DNA from: Clostridiales bacterium CCNA10
GTDB lineage: Bacteria > Verrucomicrobiota > Kiritimatiellia > RFP12 > UBA1067
Direction of reading: 5' to 3'
Length of the DNA: 41,532 nt
Assembly (NCBI GenBank): GCA_963618935.1
Contig: CAVEVC010000075.1
Location: forward strand, 1 to 41,532
The notes below the pieces were generated by a model that worked only from the letters and a program-made list of their open reading frames with translations, was not told where the DNA came from and searched no databases. Shown one piece after another: positions 31,301-38,098 of this stretch. Position numbers and translations under genes: made by a program. Position 1 is the first letter of the stretch. Every line of letters starts with the position of its first letter.

Positions 31301-33296
31301 CGTGAGCCCCGTGCCGACCCGGCGCTTCAAGCCGCTCAGCCTCTGGAAGACGAATGTCGCCCTGAAGGACGGCCGCGCGACCGTGCCGTTCACCCTCCCC
31401 GAGTTCGTGGGCGAGGTGCGCGTGACGGCCGTGGCGTGCGGCCGGCGCGCGACGGGCGCGGGCGCCGTGCAGGCCAAGGTGGCTCCGAACCTCGTCATGC
31501 AGCCCGACGCGCCGCGCTTCGCGGCGCCCGGGGACGCGTTCTTCGCGACGGTCGTCCTCGCCAACCGCAGCGGACGCGACGGCACGGCGCGCTACGACCT
31601 CATGGCGGGCGGCAGCGTGTCGCTCGCGCGCCCCGTCCACGGCGAAGTAAAGCTCGCAAAGGACGCAAGCGAGACCTTGAGCTTCCCGGTCGCGGCGGGG
31701 GCCCTCCCCGGCGAGGGCACGCTCGTCTTCGTCTCGGAGGGCTTCGGCGAAAAGCACCGCAGCGAGATCCTCCTGCCGGTGCGTCCGGCGGCGCCCTGGA
31801 CGAAGACGGCGACGACGGTGCGCCTCGGCCCCGGCGAGCGGAAGGCGTTCCCGAACGCCGCCGCCACGCTGCCCGAGGCCGCGCGCCGCACGTTCCTCGC
31901 CTCGGCGGATCCCGTGGCGGAGCTCGCCTCCGCGCTCGAATACCTCGTCGCCTATCCACACGGATGCCTGGAGCAGACCGTGGCGCGCGTCTTCCCGTTC
32001 GTCGCCGCAGGGGGCATCCTGAACACGCTCCCCGTGCGCGAGACCTCGGCGGCCGCCGATGCGAAGGGGGCCGTCGAGGCCGGCATCCGGCGCGTCTCGT
32101 CGATGGTGCGGGCGAACGATTTCGTGATGTGGCCGGACAGCACGACGCCGCCCTGGGACCGCGGCGTCTCCCTCTGGGCCGCGCACTTCCTCGTCGAGGC
32201 GTCCGCAAACGGCTTCGCCGTCCCCCGTGACCGCCTGGACGCCGTGAAGGGCTTCCTCCGCTCCTGGGCGATGTCGACGAACGAGACGGTGGGCGCGTAT
32301 GCGTGCCACACGCTCGCCCTCGCGCGCACGCCGGACCGCGACCGCATGCTCCACTGGTTCGACCGCCGCGCCCGGCTCGCGCCGCTGGACCGCGCGCGGC
32401 TGGCCCGCGCCTTCGTGCGGACCGGCGACCGGGACCGCGCGCGGGACCTGCTTGCGAACGTCCATCCCGCTGCCGTAAAGGACAACGCCTTCGCCCTGCT
32501 CGCGCTCCTCGACCTCGACCCCGACGACGCGCGCGTCCCCGCGTTCGTCACCGCGCTGCTGGAGGCGCGCGACGCCGGGACGCGCCACTGGGGCACGACG
32601 GAGGCGAATGCGCACGCGCTGCTGGCCCTGGGGGGGTATTATCGGCGTACGCCCGCACCCCCGCATTTATATAAATGCGGGGGTGCGGGGGAACCTCATC
32701 TTCTCATCTCCGTCGACGGCCACGACGACGCGCTGCTCGTCAAGCAGGCGAAGCGTTTCACGGGGTGCGGCGAGGCCGTCGTGTCGAACAGGGGGAACGC
32801 TCCCGCGTTCATCTACGCGTCGACGCTCGCTCTGGGCGACCCGGCCGCGCTGTCCGCCGAGACGAACGGCCTTGCCGTCGCGCGGCGCTACGTGCGGCCC
32901 GACGGCACGGAAGTGGACCTTGCGAAACTGGCACGCGGCGACCTGCTCATCGCCGAACTCACGCTCACGGCGCCGGAGAAGACAACCTATTCGGACCTCG
33001 TCATCGAGGACCTGCTGCCGGCCTGCTTCGAACCTGACGCGACGGGCACGGCGGACGTCTGCCCGTGGGCGAAGGCCGGCCCCGCCTGGGAACTGCGGCG
33101 CGAGCTGCGCGACGACCGCGTGCTCGGCTTCTCGCGCCGCTTCGCGCTGGACGCGGGCGCCTCGGCCTCGTTCCGCTACGCAGTGCGCGTCGTGAGCGCG
33201 GGCACCTTCGTCCTGCCGGGCCCGTCCGTCGAGGCGATGTACGCGCCCGCCCTGCGGGCGCGCGGCGCGGCGGGACGGGTGACGGTCGCCCCGTGA
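28374..33296 (+). CDS. bacterial alpha-2-macroglobulin family lipoprotein with an intact thioester motif (YfhM/ECAM type)
   Basis: The track ORF 27609-33296 was trimmed to the ATG at 28374, which overlaps the GDPD stop (ATGA); the GTG at 28392 is an alternative start. Lipobox: ALVLAGGC. It is about 1640 aa with a Pro/Ala-rich linker and the thioester CLEQ in YPHGCLEQTVARVFP. It lies immediately upstream of pbpC, as in the classical A2M-PBP1C pair. Confidence 0.9.
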   Translation: MRGEDAVKTFCRFAALAALVLAGGCGDRAGDGQPGGAPPPAAATNSLPAAVTNPVPPAAASPQEAPAQEKPAQQGKPAPNAPKEKPTPAVTGFSASEGQIELKFTGRPDLVALMDYVKVTPKPGPLTQDWQDWREACILRGDFRPRTTYQMVVRPGLPMADGRATTNEFRRTWTTGDRPRSVAFASAGRYLPAGGRRAVAVKTMNVTNLAYTIRSVPTRNIVQLLAREEDCYGSFYGGGGDSKDAAELAGEPVARTIRLAARLNEEQTTALDVRGEGGAAANGVYLLGVHDAKEASDWKKAWKLVCVTDIGLFVREANGAVYVWATSLTRGAPVAGLRVLVYGANNAVLGEGLTDADGWCCCETPKGETKPFAVVAAQMDESDASFLALRGGLDETAALGARRAFVKEKGSEAYVWTERGIYRHNEPILVHAILRDGKGDAPKPFPISLALFTPDGKCLQRRTQVTDRFGVVSRADFSVPDDQPSGCWEVRVSTPGDDGFLLGSRTVRIEEFVPPQIRVKVTPPAETRATTNLVFAVAGEHLFGSPAKGLPAEGAVLFEDAPFAPRGWEAFRFGDERRRLKPNFTTLEKVYTDDAGEARFTAAFPQGARPRAAVRMVVQGSVFESGGRPASARAATLLHAYPYYIGVALPETLRESPVPRPCRVALVNPDGTPHVGARRLVAQFERVDSVYELKKTESGCWEWRTERIRFPLGEDVALEVSEKGLATLAVPAAAGGDFAVTVRDEETGVSFGAGYWVGGADDSTVRASLENPSRVTLALDRKVYYPGDRPRLTVKAPFAGVAWLNVLREDMVYSQVLTLTNATGEIVLEPVQAAWAPGVDVALSVVQASRPGQRGAVNRAFGLVPLRAATRDSALDVQVKAQVACAPMGGSTVTVDVAARGEGVLGETAVVTVVDEGINLLTDEEVPNPVDWFGAVRAADHPLWDVYNRLLPILDDRLKRAGAKTGGGAEGDLFRRVSPVPTRRFKPLSLWKTNVALKDGRATVPFTLPEFVGEVRVTAVACGRRATGAGAVQAKVAPNLVMQPDAPRFAAPGDAFFATVVLANRSGRDGTARYDLMAGGSVSLARPVHGEVKLAKDASETLSFPVAAGALPGEGTLVFVSEGFGEKHRSEILLPVRPAAPWTKTATTVRLGPGERKAFPNAAATLPEAARRTFLASADPVAELASALEYLVAYPHGCLEQTVARVFPFVAAGGILNTLPVRETSAAADAKGAVEAGIRRVSSMVRANDFVMWPDSTTPPWDRGVSLWAAHFLVEASANGFAVPRDRLDAVKGFLRSWAMSTNETVGAYACHTLALARTPDRDRMLHWFDRRARLAPLDRARLARAFVRTGDRDRARDLLANVHPAAVKDNAFALLALLDLDPDDARVPAFVTALLEARDAGTRHWGTTEANAHALLALGGYYRRTPAPPHLYKCGGAGEPHLLISVDGHDDALLVKQAKRFTGCGEAVVSNRGNAPAFIYASTLALGDPAALSAETNGLAVARRYVRPDGTEVDLAKLARGDLLIAELTLTAPEKTTYSDLVIEDLLPACFEPDATGTADVCPWAKAGPAWELRRELRDDRVLGFSRRFALDAGASASFRYAVRVVSAGTFVLPGPSVEAMYAPALRARGAAGRVTVAP
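32652..32689. repeat. perfect 38-bp palindrome with an AT-rich centre inside the A2M coding sequence
   Basis: CCCGCACCCCCGCATTTA-TA-TAAATGCGGGGGTGCGGG: every position pairs with its mirror. It is translated in frame as PAPPHLYKCGGAG. It is the only copy in the window. Confidence 0.95.
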
Positions 33297-35542
33297 CGCG
33301 GAGGCTCCAGCGCGCGCTGCGGCGCGCCGCCGTCGCGGGGGGCGGCCTCCTGGCGGCGGGGGCGCTCGTCTTCGCCGGGTCCTGGCTGCTGATCGACCCG
33401 CGCCTCGATGCGGCGGAGGCCTTCCCCGGCGGCACGGTGCTGCGCGACCGTGCGGGGCGCGTGCTGCGCGTGTCGCTTGGTCCGGACGACGTCGACTGCC
33501 GACCCGACTACGTCGCCTCCACGAACGACTGGATCGTGAAGGCGCTCGTCGCGAGCGAGGACCGCCGCTTCTTCCGCCACTGGGGCGTCAACGTGCCGAG
33601 CGTCCTGCGGGCGTGCGTGCAGAACGTCACGCATCTGCGGCGGATCTCCGGCGCTTCCACGATCACGATGCAGGCGGCGCGCCTCATGGCGCCGCACCCG
33701 CGCACGCTCGCCTGGAAATACGTCGAGGCGTTCCGCGCGCTCCAGATCGAGCGGCGGCACGACAAGCTCTGGATCGTCTCGCAGTACCTGAACCGCGCGC
33801 CGTTCGGCTCGAACCTGGTGGGGATCGAGGCCGCCGCGAACGGGTGGTTCGGGAAGCGGGCGCACGACCTGGGAATCGGGGAGGCGGCGCTGCTGGCGGG
33901 CATGGTGCAGGGGCCGTCGCGGTTTCGTCCGGACCGCCATCTCGACCGGGCGCTGAAGCGGCGCGAATACGTGCTGGGACGGATGCGGGCGTGCGGGATG
34001 ATCGACGCGCGGCAGCACGAGGGGGCGCGGCAGGTTCTCCCCCGCATCCAGCGCGGTCCGCGTCCGTTCGCCGAGCCGTTCTTCTGCGACTGGGCGATGC
34101 GGCACGTGGCGCGCCGGGGCGGCGAAGGGGGCGACGTCCGCACGACGCTCGACGCGGACGTCCAGGCGCGGGCGAAGCGCACGGTGGAGGCGGCGGCGGC
34201 CGGCGGACACGCGGCGGCGGCAGTCGTCCTGCGCGTGCGGACGGGGGAGGTCCTGGCCCTCGCGTGCTCGGGCGACTACTTCTCGCCGGACGCCGGGCAG
34301 GTCAACGTCGCCGTCGCGCCGCGTCCGGCGGGCTCGACGCTCAAGCCCTTCCTGACGGCGCGCGCGCTGGACCTCGGCCTCGTGACGCCCGAGGAGCGCC
34401 TGTCGGACGTGCCGCGCGCCTACCGCGGCTACAACCCCCAGAACTTCGACGCGACCCATCGCGGCACGGTGACGGCGGCCGACGCGCTCGTCCTCTCCCT
34501 CAACCTCCCGTTCGTCCAGCTGCTCGAGCGCGTCGGCGTGGTCGGCTTCGGCACGACCCTGCGCGCCCTCGGCTGCCGGAACATGGAGGCGGCGGACGCG
34601 AGCTTCGGCCTCGGCATGGCGATCGGGAACGTCCACGTCTCGCTCGTCGAGCTCGTGGGGGCCTACGGATGCCTCGCCCGCGGGGGCGTGTACGTGCCGC
34701 CGTGCGCGCTCCAGTGCGAAGCCGAGGAGCAGAAGGGGCGGCCGGGCGCGCGGGTCTTCTCCGAGGGGGCGTGCCGTCTCGTCGCCGAGATCCTCTCGGG
34801 CGAAGAACGGAGCGCGGCCGCGCTCGGGCACGTCGCGGACGTGCGGACCTCCCGGTTCGCCTGGAAGACGGGGACGTCCGCCGCCTACCGCGACGCCTGG
34901 ACCGTCGCGTGGAATCCGGAGTACGTGGTGGGCGTGTGGTGCGGGCACAAGGAAGGGGGCTTCGGCGACGCCTCGGTGGTCGGGGCGCAGGCCGCCGCGC
35001 CGTTCGCGTGGGAGCTGGCGCGGTCGCTCTATCCGGCGGACGACGGCCCGTGGTACGGCGCGCTCCCCGCCGAGATCGTGGCGCGGACGGTGTGTGCCGA
35101 AAGCGGGCTGCCCGCCGGGCCGGACTGCCCGGCGACACAGGCGGGGCGCGCCCTGCGCGGACGCTCCTCGACGGCCCTCTGCCCGCTCCACGTGCGGGGG
35201 CTCGACGGCGAGGCCGGGCGGCGGGACGACGCCTTTGTCGCGGCCTTTCGCGGGGAGGCCGCGACGGCGCGGCGGCTGGCGATCCAGAAGCCCGAGGACG
35301 GCGCCGTCTTCCGCCTCGTGAAGGGCCTCCCGAACCAGAAGATCGTCTGCCGCGTCGTCGGCAACGTCGAACAGGGGAGGCTGTGGTGGTTCGTCGACGG
35401 GCGGAACGTCGGCGAGACGCGCGGCGCGCAGCCGTTCGCGTGGCTGCCCGAGCCGGGCGCGCACCGCCTCTCCTGCGCGTCGGCCGAGGGCGTCTCCGCC
35501 GCCGTGGACATCCGCGTGGCCCTTGACGAAGCCACGCCCTAG
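33293..35542 (+). CDS. pbpC: penicillin-binding protein 1C (bifunctional transglycosylase/transpeptidase)
   Basis: The track ORF 33065-35542 was trimmed to the GTG at 33293, which overlaps the A2M stop (GTGA). It has an N-terminal TM anchor. GT51 motifs: EDRRFFRHWG and RKxxE-like. Transpeptidase motifs: GSTLKPF (SxxK), SLN and KTGTS. A C-terminal PBP1C-type domain is present. Confidence 0.9.
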   Translation: MTRRLQRALRRAAVAGGGLLAAGALVFAGSWLLIDPRLDAAEAFPGGTVLRDRAGRVLRVSLGPDDVDCRPDYVASTNDWIVKALVASEDRRFFRHWGVNVPSVLRACVQNVTHLRRISGASTITMQAARLMAPHPRTLAWKYVEAFRALQIERRHDKLWIVSQYLNRAPFGSNLVGIEAAANGWFGKRAHDLGIGEAALLAGMVQGPSRFRPDRHLDRALKRREYVLGRMRACGMIDARQHEGARQVLPRIQRGPRPFAEPFFCDWAMRHVARRGGEGGDVRTTLDADVQARAKRTVEAAAAGGHAAAAVVLRVRTGEVLALACSGDYFSPDAGQVNVAVAPRPAGSTLKPFLTARALDLGLVTPEERLSDVPRAYRGYNPQNFDATHRGTVTAADALVLSLNLPFVQLLERVGVVGFGTTLRALGCRNMEAADASFGLGMAIGNVHVSLVELVGAYGCLARGGVYVPPCALQCEAEEQKGRPGARVFSEGACRLVAEILSGEERSAAALGHVADVRTSRFAWKTGTSAAYRDAWTVAWNPEYVVGVWCGHKEGGFGDASVVGAQAAAPFAWELARSLYPADDGPWYGALPAEIVARTVCAESGLPAGPDCPATQAGRALRGRSSTALCPLHVRGLDGEAGRRDDAFVAAFRGEAATARRLAIQKPEDGAVFRLVKGLPNQKIVCRVVGNVEQGRLWWFVDGRNVGETRGAQPFAWLPEPGAHRLSCASAEGVSAAVDIRVALDEATP

Positions 35543-35726
35543 CCCCTAGGAGTCTGGACGCCCCCACGTTCGGGCGGGCCGCCGAGGACGTCGGCCCCTA
35601 CCATCGGACCCTCCCGTGGGGGCCGCTGTCGGACGCCACGCGCCGGGCCGATGTTGGTAGGGGCGCGCGTCCCGCGCGCCCGCCCGGCCCCCAAACTACG
35701 GCCCTGAGTCCATTGAGGCCAAAGTA

Positions 35727-35735
35727 TGCTATACT
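35727..35735 (+). promoter_or_regulatory. extended -10 box TGCTATACT, 8 nt upstream of the LRR lipoprotein ATG (probable leaderless transcript)
   Basis: The sequence reads tgctatact atcccgcc ATG(35744). No Shine-Dalgarno is present. The spacer is nearly identical to the one at the outer-membrane gene (atcccgc). Confidence 0.45.
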
Positions 35736-35743
35736 ATCCCGCC

Positions 35744-36526
35744 ATGAGACAGGTCTTTCTGATTCTTGCCGCGGCCGCGTGCGTTGCGCTGGCCGGATGC
35801 TTCGACAACCACGGGCGCCCGCAGGACGCGACGCCCGTCACCTCCCTCGCGGCGCTCGCCGCCACGAACCGCGCCGAGGTCGTGCGCCTCTACCTGCGCG
35901 GCGGCGCGGAGCCGCTGGCGAAGGAGTCCTTGGCGGACCTCCCCCGTCTGCGCGAGCTGGACCTTTCGGAGCGCGCGCTGACGGCGGTGCCGGAGGAGGT
36001 CTTCGCGCTTCCGGCGCTGGAGCGGTTCTGGTTCGCGCGCAACCAGCTGGCGGAATTCCCCGCCGCGCTCGCGAAGCTGCCCGCGCTCACCTACCTGAAC
36101 CTGGACGGCAACAGGCTGGCGGCGGTGCCGGAGGCGCTGGGCGACGCCGCGCGTCTGCGCTATCTGCGGCTCAACGAAAACCAGCTTGCGGACCTCCCGG
36201 CGGCGCTGGGGAGGCTGAAGGAACTGCGCCGCTTCTACGCGGTGCGCAACAGGCTGACGGCGGTGCCCGCGTTCCTGAAGGAGTGTCCGCTGGTCGAGGA
36301 CGTCATCCTCGACCACAACGCGATCGCCGAGGTGCCCGCGTGGCTGACGGCGATGCCCGCGCTGCGGAGCGTGTCGCTGACGGGATGCCGCGTCGCGAAG
36401 CTCCCGGACGACCTGTCCGGCTGGCGGAAGCTTGAGGCGCTGTCGCTCGCGGGGTGCCCGATTCCCGCCGACGAGATGAAGCGCATCCGGAAGGCGCTCG
36501 GCGACGACGTGGCCGTCACCTTCTAG
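35744..36526 (+). CDS. leucine-rich-repeat (LRR) lipoprotein
   Basis: The track ORF 35726-36526 was trimmed to the ATG at 35744. Lipoprotein signal: MRQVFLILAAAACVALAGC. It has about 8 consecutive 23-residue LRRs (LxxLxLxxNxLxxvPxxl). Confidence 0.8.
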   Translation: MRQVFLILAAAACVALAGCFDNHGRPQDATPVTSLAALAATNRAEVVRLYLRGGAEPLAKESLADLPRLRELDLSERALTAVPEEVFALPALERFWFARNQLAEFPAALAKLPALTYLNLDGNRLAAVPEALGDAARLRYLRLNENQLADLPAALGRLKELRRFYAVRNRLTAVPAFLKECPLVEDVILDHNAIAEVPAWLTAMPALRSVSLTGCRVAKLPDDLSGWRKLEALSLAGCPIPADEMKRIRKALGDDVAVTF

Positions 36527-36530
36527 CGCA

Positions 36531-38012
36531 ATGCGGGCTCAGGAGAGGCTGAAGGACCTTGCGGAGGCGCCCCTCGGGCGTCTCCTTGTGCGTTTCTCGT
36601 GGCCCGCGCTCGTCTCGATGTCGCTGAACGCGCTCTACGCGATCGTGGACCGCGTGTACATCGGGCACGGGTGCGGACAGGACGCGATGGCGGGCATCAC
36701 GCTCGCCTTCCCGGTCATGATGGCGTTCGGCGCGTTCGGCGTGTTCGTCGGCGCGGGGCATGCGGCGCTCCTCTCGATCAAGCTAGGGGAGGGGGACCGC
36801 ACCGCGTGCGAGAAGATCCTTGGGGAGCTCGTGGCGTTCAAGCTCGCGTTCTTCTTCGTGCTGCCGCCGCTCGTCTTCCTCTTCCTCGACCCGATCCTGC
36901 GCGCGACGGGCGGGGACGGCGTGACGCCCGGCGCGCTCGAACAGGCGAAGGTCTACCTGCGCATCGTCCTCTTCTCGCACATCTTCTCCCACCTCGCCTA
37001 CGGCCTTTCCGCGACGATGCGCAGCGAGGGGGCCGTCGTGCCGTCCATGATGTGCATGGTGGCGGGCTTTGGCGTGAACCTCGTGCTGGACCCGATCTTC
37101 ATCTTCGGGTGCGGGATGGGCGTGGCGGGGGCGGCCTGGGCGACGGTGATCGCCATGCTCGTCTCCTGCCTGTGGGCGTTCGCCTACTACCGTCCGGGGC
37201 ACAGCGCGGTGCGGCTGAGGCTGCGCCGGGTCGGCTTCTACCGGGCCTATGCGGGGCGGGCGGCGGGCATTGGGCTTTCGCCGGCCCTGCAGCAGCTGAT
37301 GGGGAGCCTGATCAACGTGTCGATGCAGATCGCGTTCGCGAAGTGGGCGGCGGACCGGGCGTCCGCCACCATGCAGATCGCCTCGCTCGGCGTCTTCCAG
37401 ATGGTGATGATGCTCTTCTTCATGCCCATCCTCGGCGTCCAGCAGGGGCTCGCCCCGATCGTCGGCTACTGCTGGGGCGCGCGCAGCTACGCGCGCGTGC
37501 GGCGCGTGCTGCTGCTCGGCCTCGCCGTGACGACCGCCTGCTGCACGCTCGCCGCGCTCGCGCAGGTGCTCGTGCCGGAGCCGATCGTGCGGATCTTCAC
37601 GGACGGCACGGACCGGGCCTTCCTCGCCCTCGCGGCGGGCGACCTGCGCCTCTCGAACTGCATGCTCTGGTGCATCGGCCTCAACGTGGTGGCGACCACC
37701 TACTTCCAGTCCATCGGGCACCCCTGGACGGCGACCTTCCTCTCGATGCTGCGCCAGTTCCTCTGTCTGCTGCCCTGCGTGTGGATCCTGCCCTACTTCT
37801 TCTCCGACCATGCGTTCGCGATCTGGGTCTCGCTGCCGATCTCGGACGTCCTCGCCTTTTTCGCGACGATTCCCCCGTTCCTCCTCCACCTCCGCTTCCT
37901 CGGTCGGTTCGGAAGGCGGGGGCGCAATGCACGGACGCGACAAGCGCGTCCCTCCCCGTCGTGGGGATGCCCGGTCGCAACAAGTTGCGACCCTCTCGCC
38001 ACTCAAACCTAA
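36531..38012 (+). CDS. MATE family efflux transporter
   Basis: 493 aa with about 12 TM helices. The N-terminal LLVRFSWPALVSMSLNALYAIVDRVYIGH is typical of MATE/NorM-like proteins. The last roughly 45 aa are Arg-rich and are encoded by repeat-like DNA (see 37973-37992), so the functional C-terminus is uncertain. Confidence 0.85.
   Translation: MRAQERLKDLAEAPLGRLLVRFSWPALVSMSLNALYAIVDRVYIGHGCGQDAMAGITLAFPVMMAFGAFGVFVGAGHAALLSIKLGEGDRTACEKILGELVAFKLAFFFVLPPLVFLFLDPILRATGGDGVTPGALEQAKVYLRIVLFSHIFSHLAYGLSATMRSEGAVVPSMMCMVAGFGVNLVLDPIFIFGCGMGVAGAAWATVIAMLVSCLWAFAYYRPGHSAVRLRLRRVGFYRAYAGRAAGIGLSPALQQLMGSLINVSMQIAFAKWAADRASATMQIASLGVFQMVMMLFFMPILGVQQGLAPIVGYCWGARSYARVRRVLLLGLAVTTACCTLAALAQVLVPEPIVRIFTDGTDRAFLALAAGDLRLSNCMLWCIGLNVVATTYFQSIGHPWTATFLSMLRQFLCLLPCVWILPYFFSDHAFAIWVSLPISDVLAFFATIPPFLLHLRFLGRFGRRGRNARTRQARPSPSWGCPVATSCDPLATQT
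37973..37992 (+). repeat. hairpin repeat related to family 2 (GGTCGCAAC-aa-GTTGCGACC), inside the 3' tail of the MATE ORF
   Basis: It has a 9-bp perfect stem. The upstream context ggggatgcccGGTCGC resembles gggagGGTCGCG of the copies at 41 and 27189. Confidence 0.6.
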
Positions 38013-38038
38013 AACCTCAAACCTAAAGGCATTTTAGG
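38002..38038 (+). repeat. 2 x 14-bp A/C-rich tandem repeat plus a small hairpin at the MATE stop, upstream of the fabD promoter
   Basis: The repeat units are CTCAAACCTAAAAC (38002-38015) and CTCAAACCTAAAGG (38016-38029). The hairpin is CCTAAA-ggcat-TTTAGG (38022-38038). It shares the AACCTAAAACCT string with the repeat at 146-187. Confidence 0.7.
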
Positions 38039-38040
38039 GG

Positions 38041-38069
38041 GTCACAAGCCGCCCTCTTTTTGCTATCAT
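38041..38069 (+). promoter_or_regulatory. putative fabD-fabG promoter
   Basis: GTCACA (38041-38046), a 17-nt spacer ending in TGC, then TATCAT (38064-38069). The AGGAGA Shine-Dalgarno is at 38084-38089. Confidence 0.4.
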
Positions 38070-38098
38070 GTTCGGACAAGTTCAGGAGATTCTGCATC

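Noticed and set aside
32652-32689. The intragenic 38-bp palindrome was considered as a Xer/dif site or a protelomerase-type resolution site.
   Set aside because: dif sites have non-identical 11-nt arms around a 6-nt spacer, are intergenic and lie near the terminus. No matching arm consensus, and no neighbouring recombinase or telomerase gene, is visible. It is kept as an unexplained palindrome instead.
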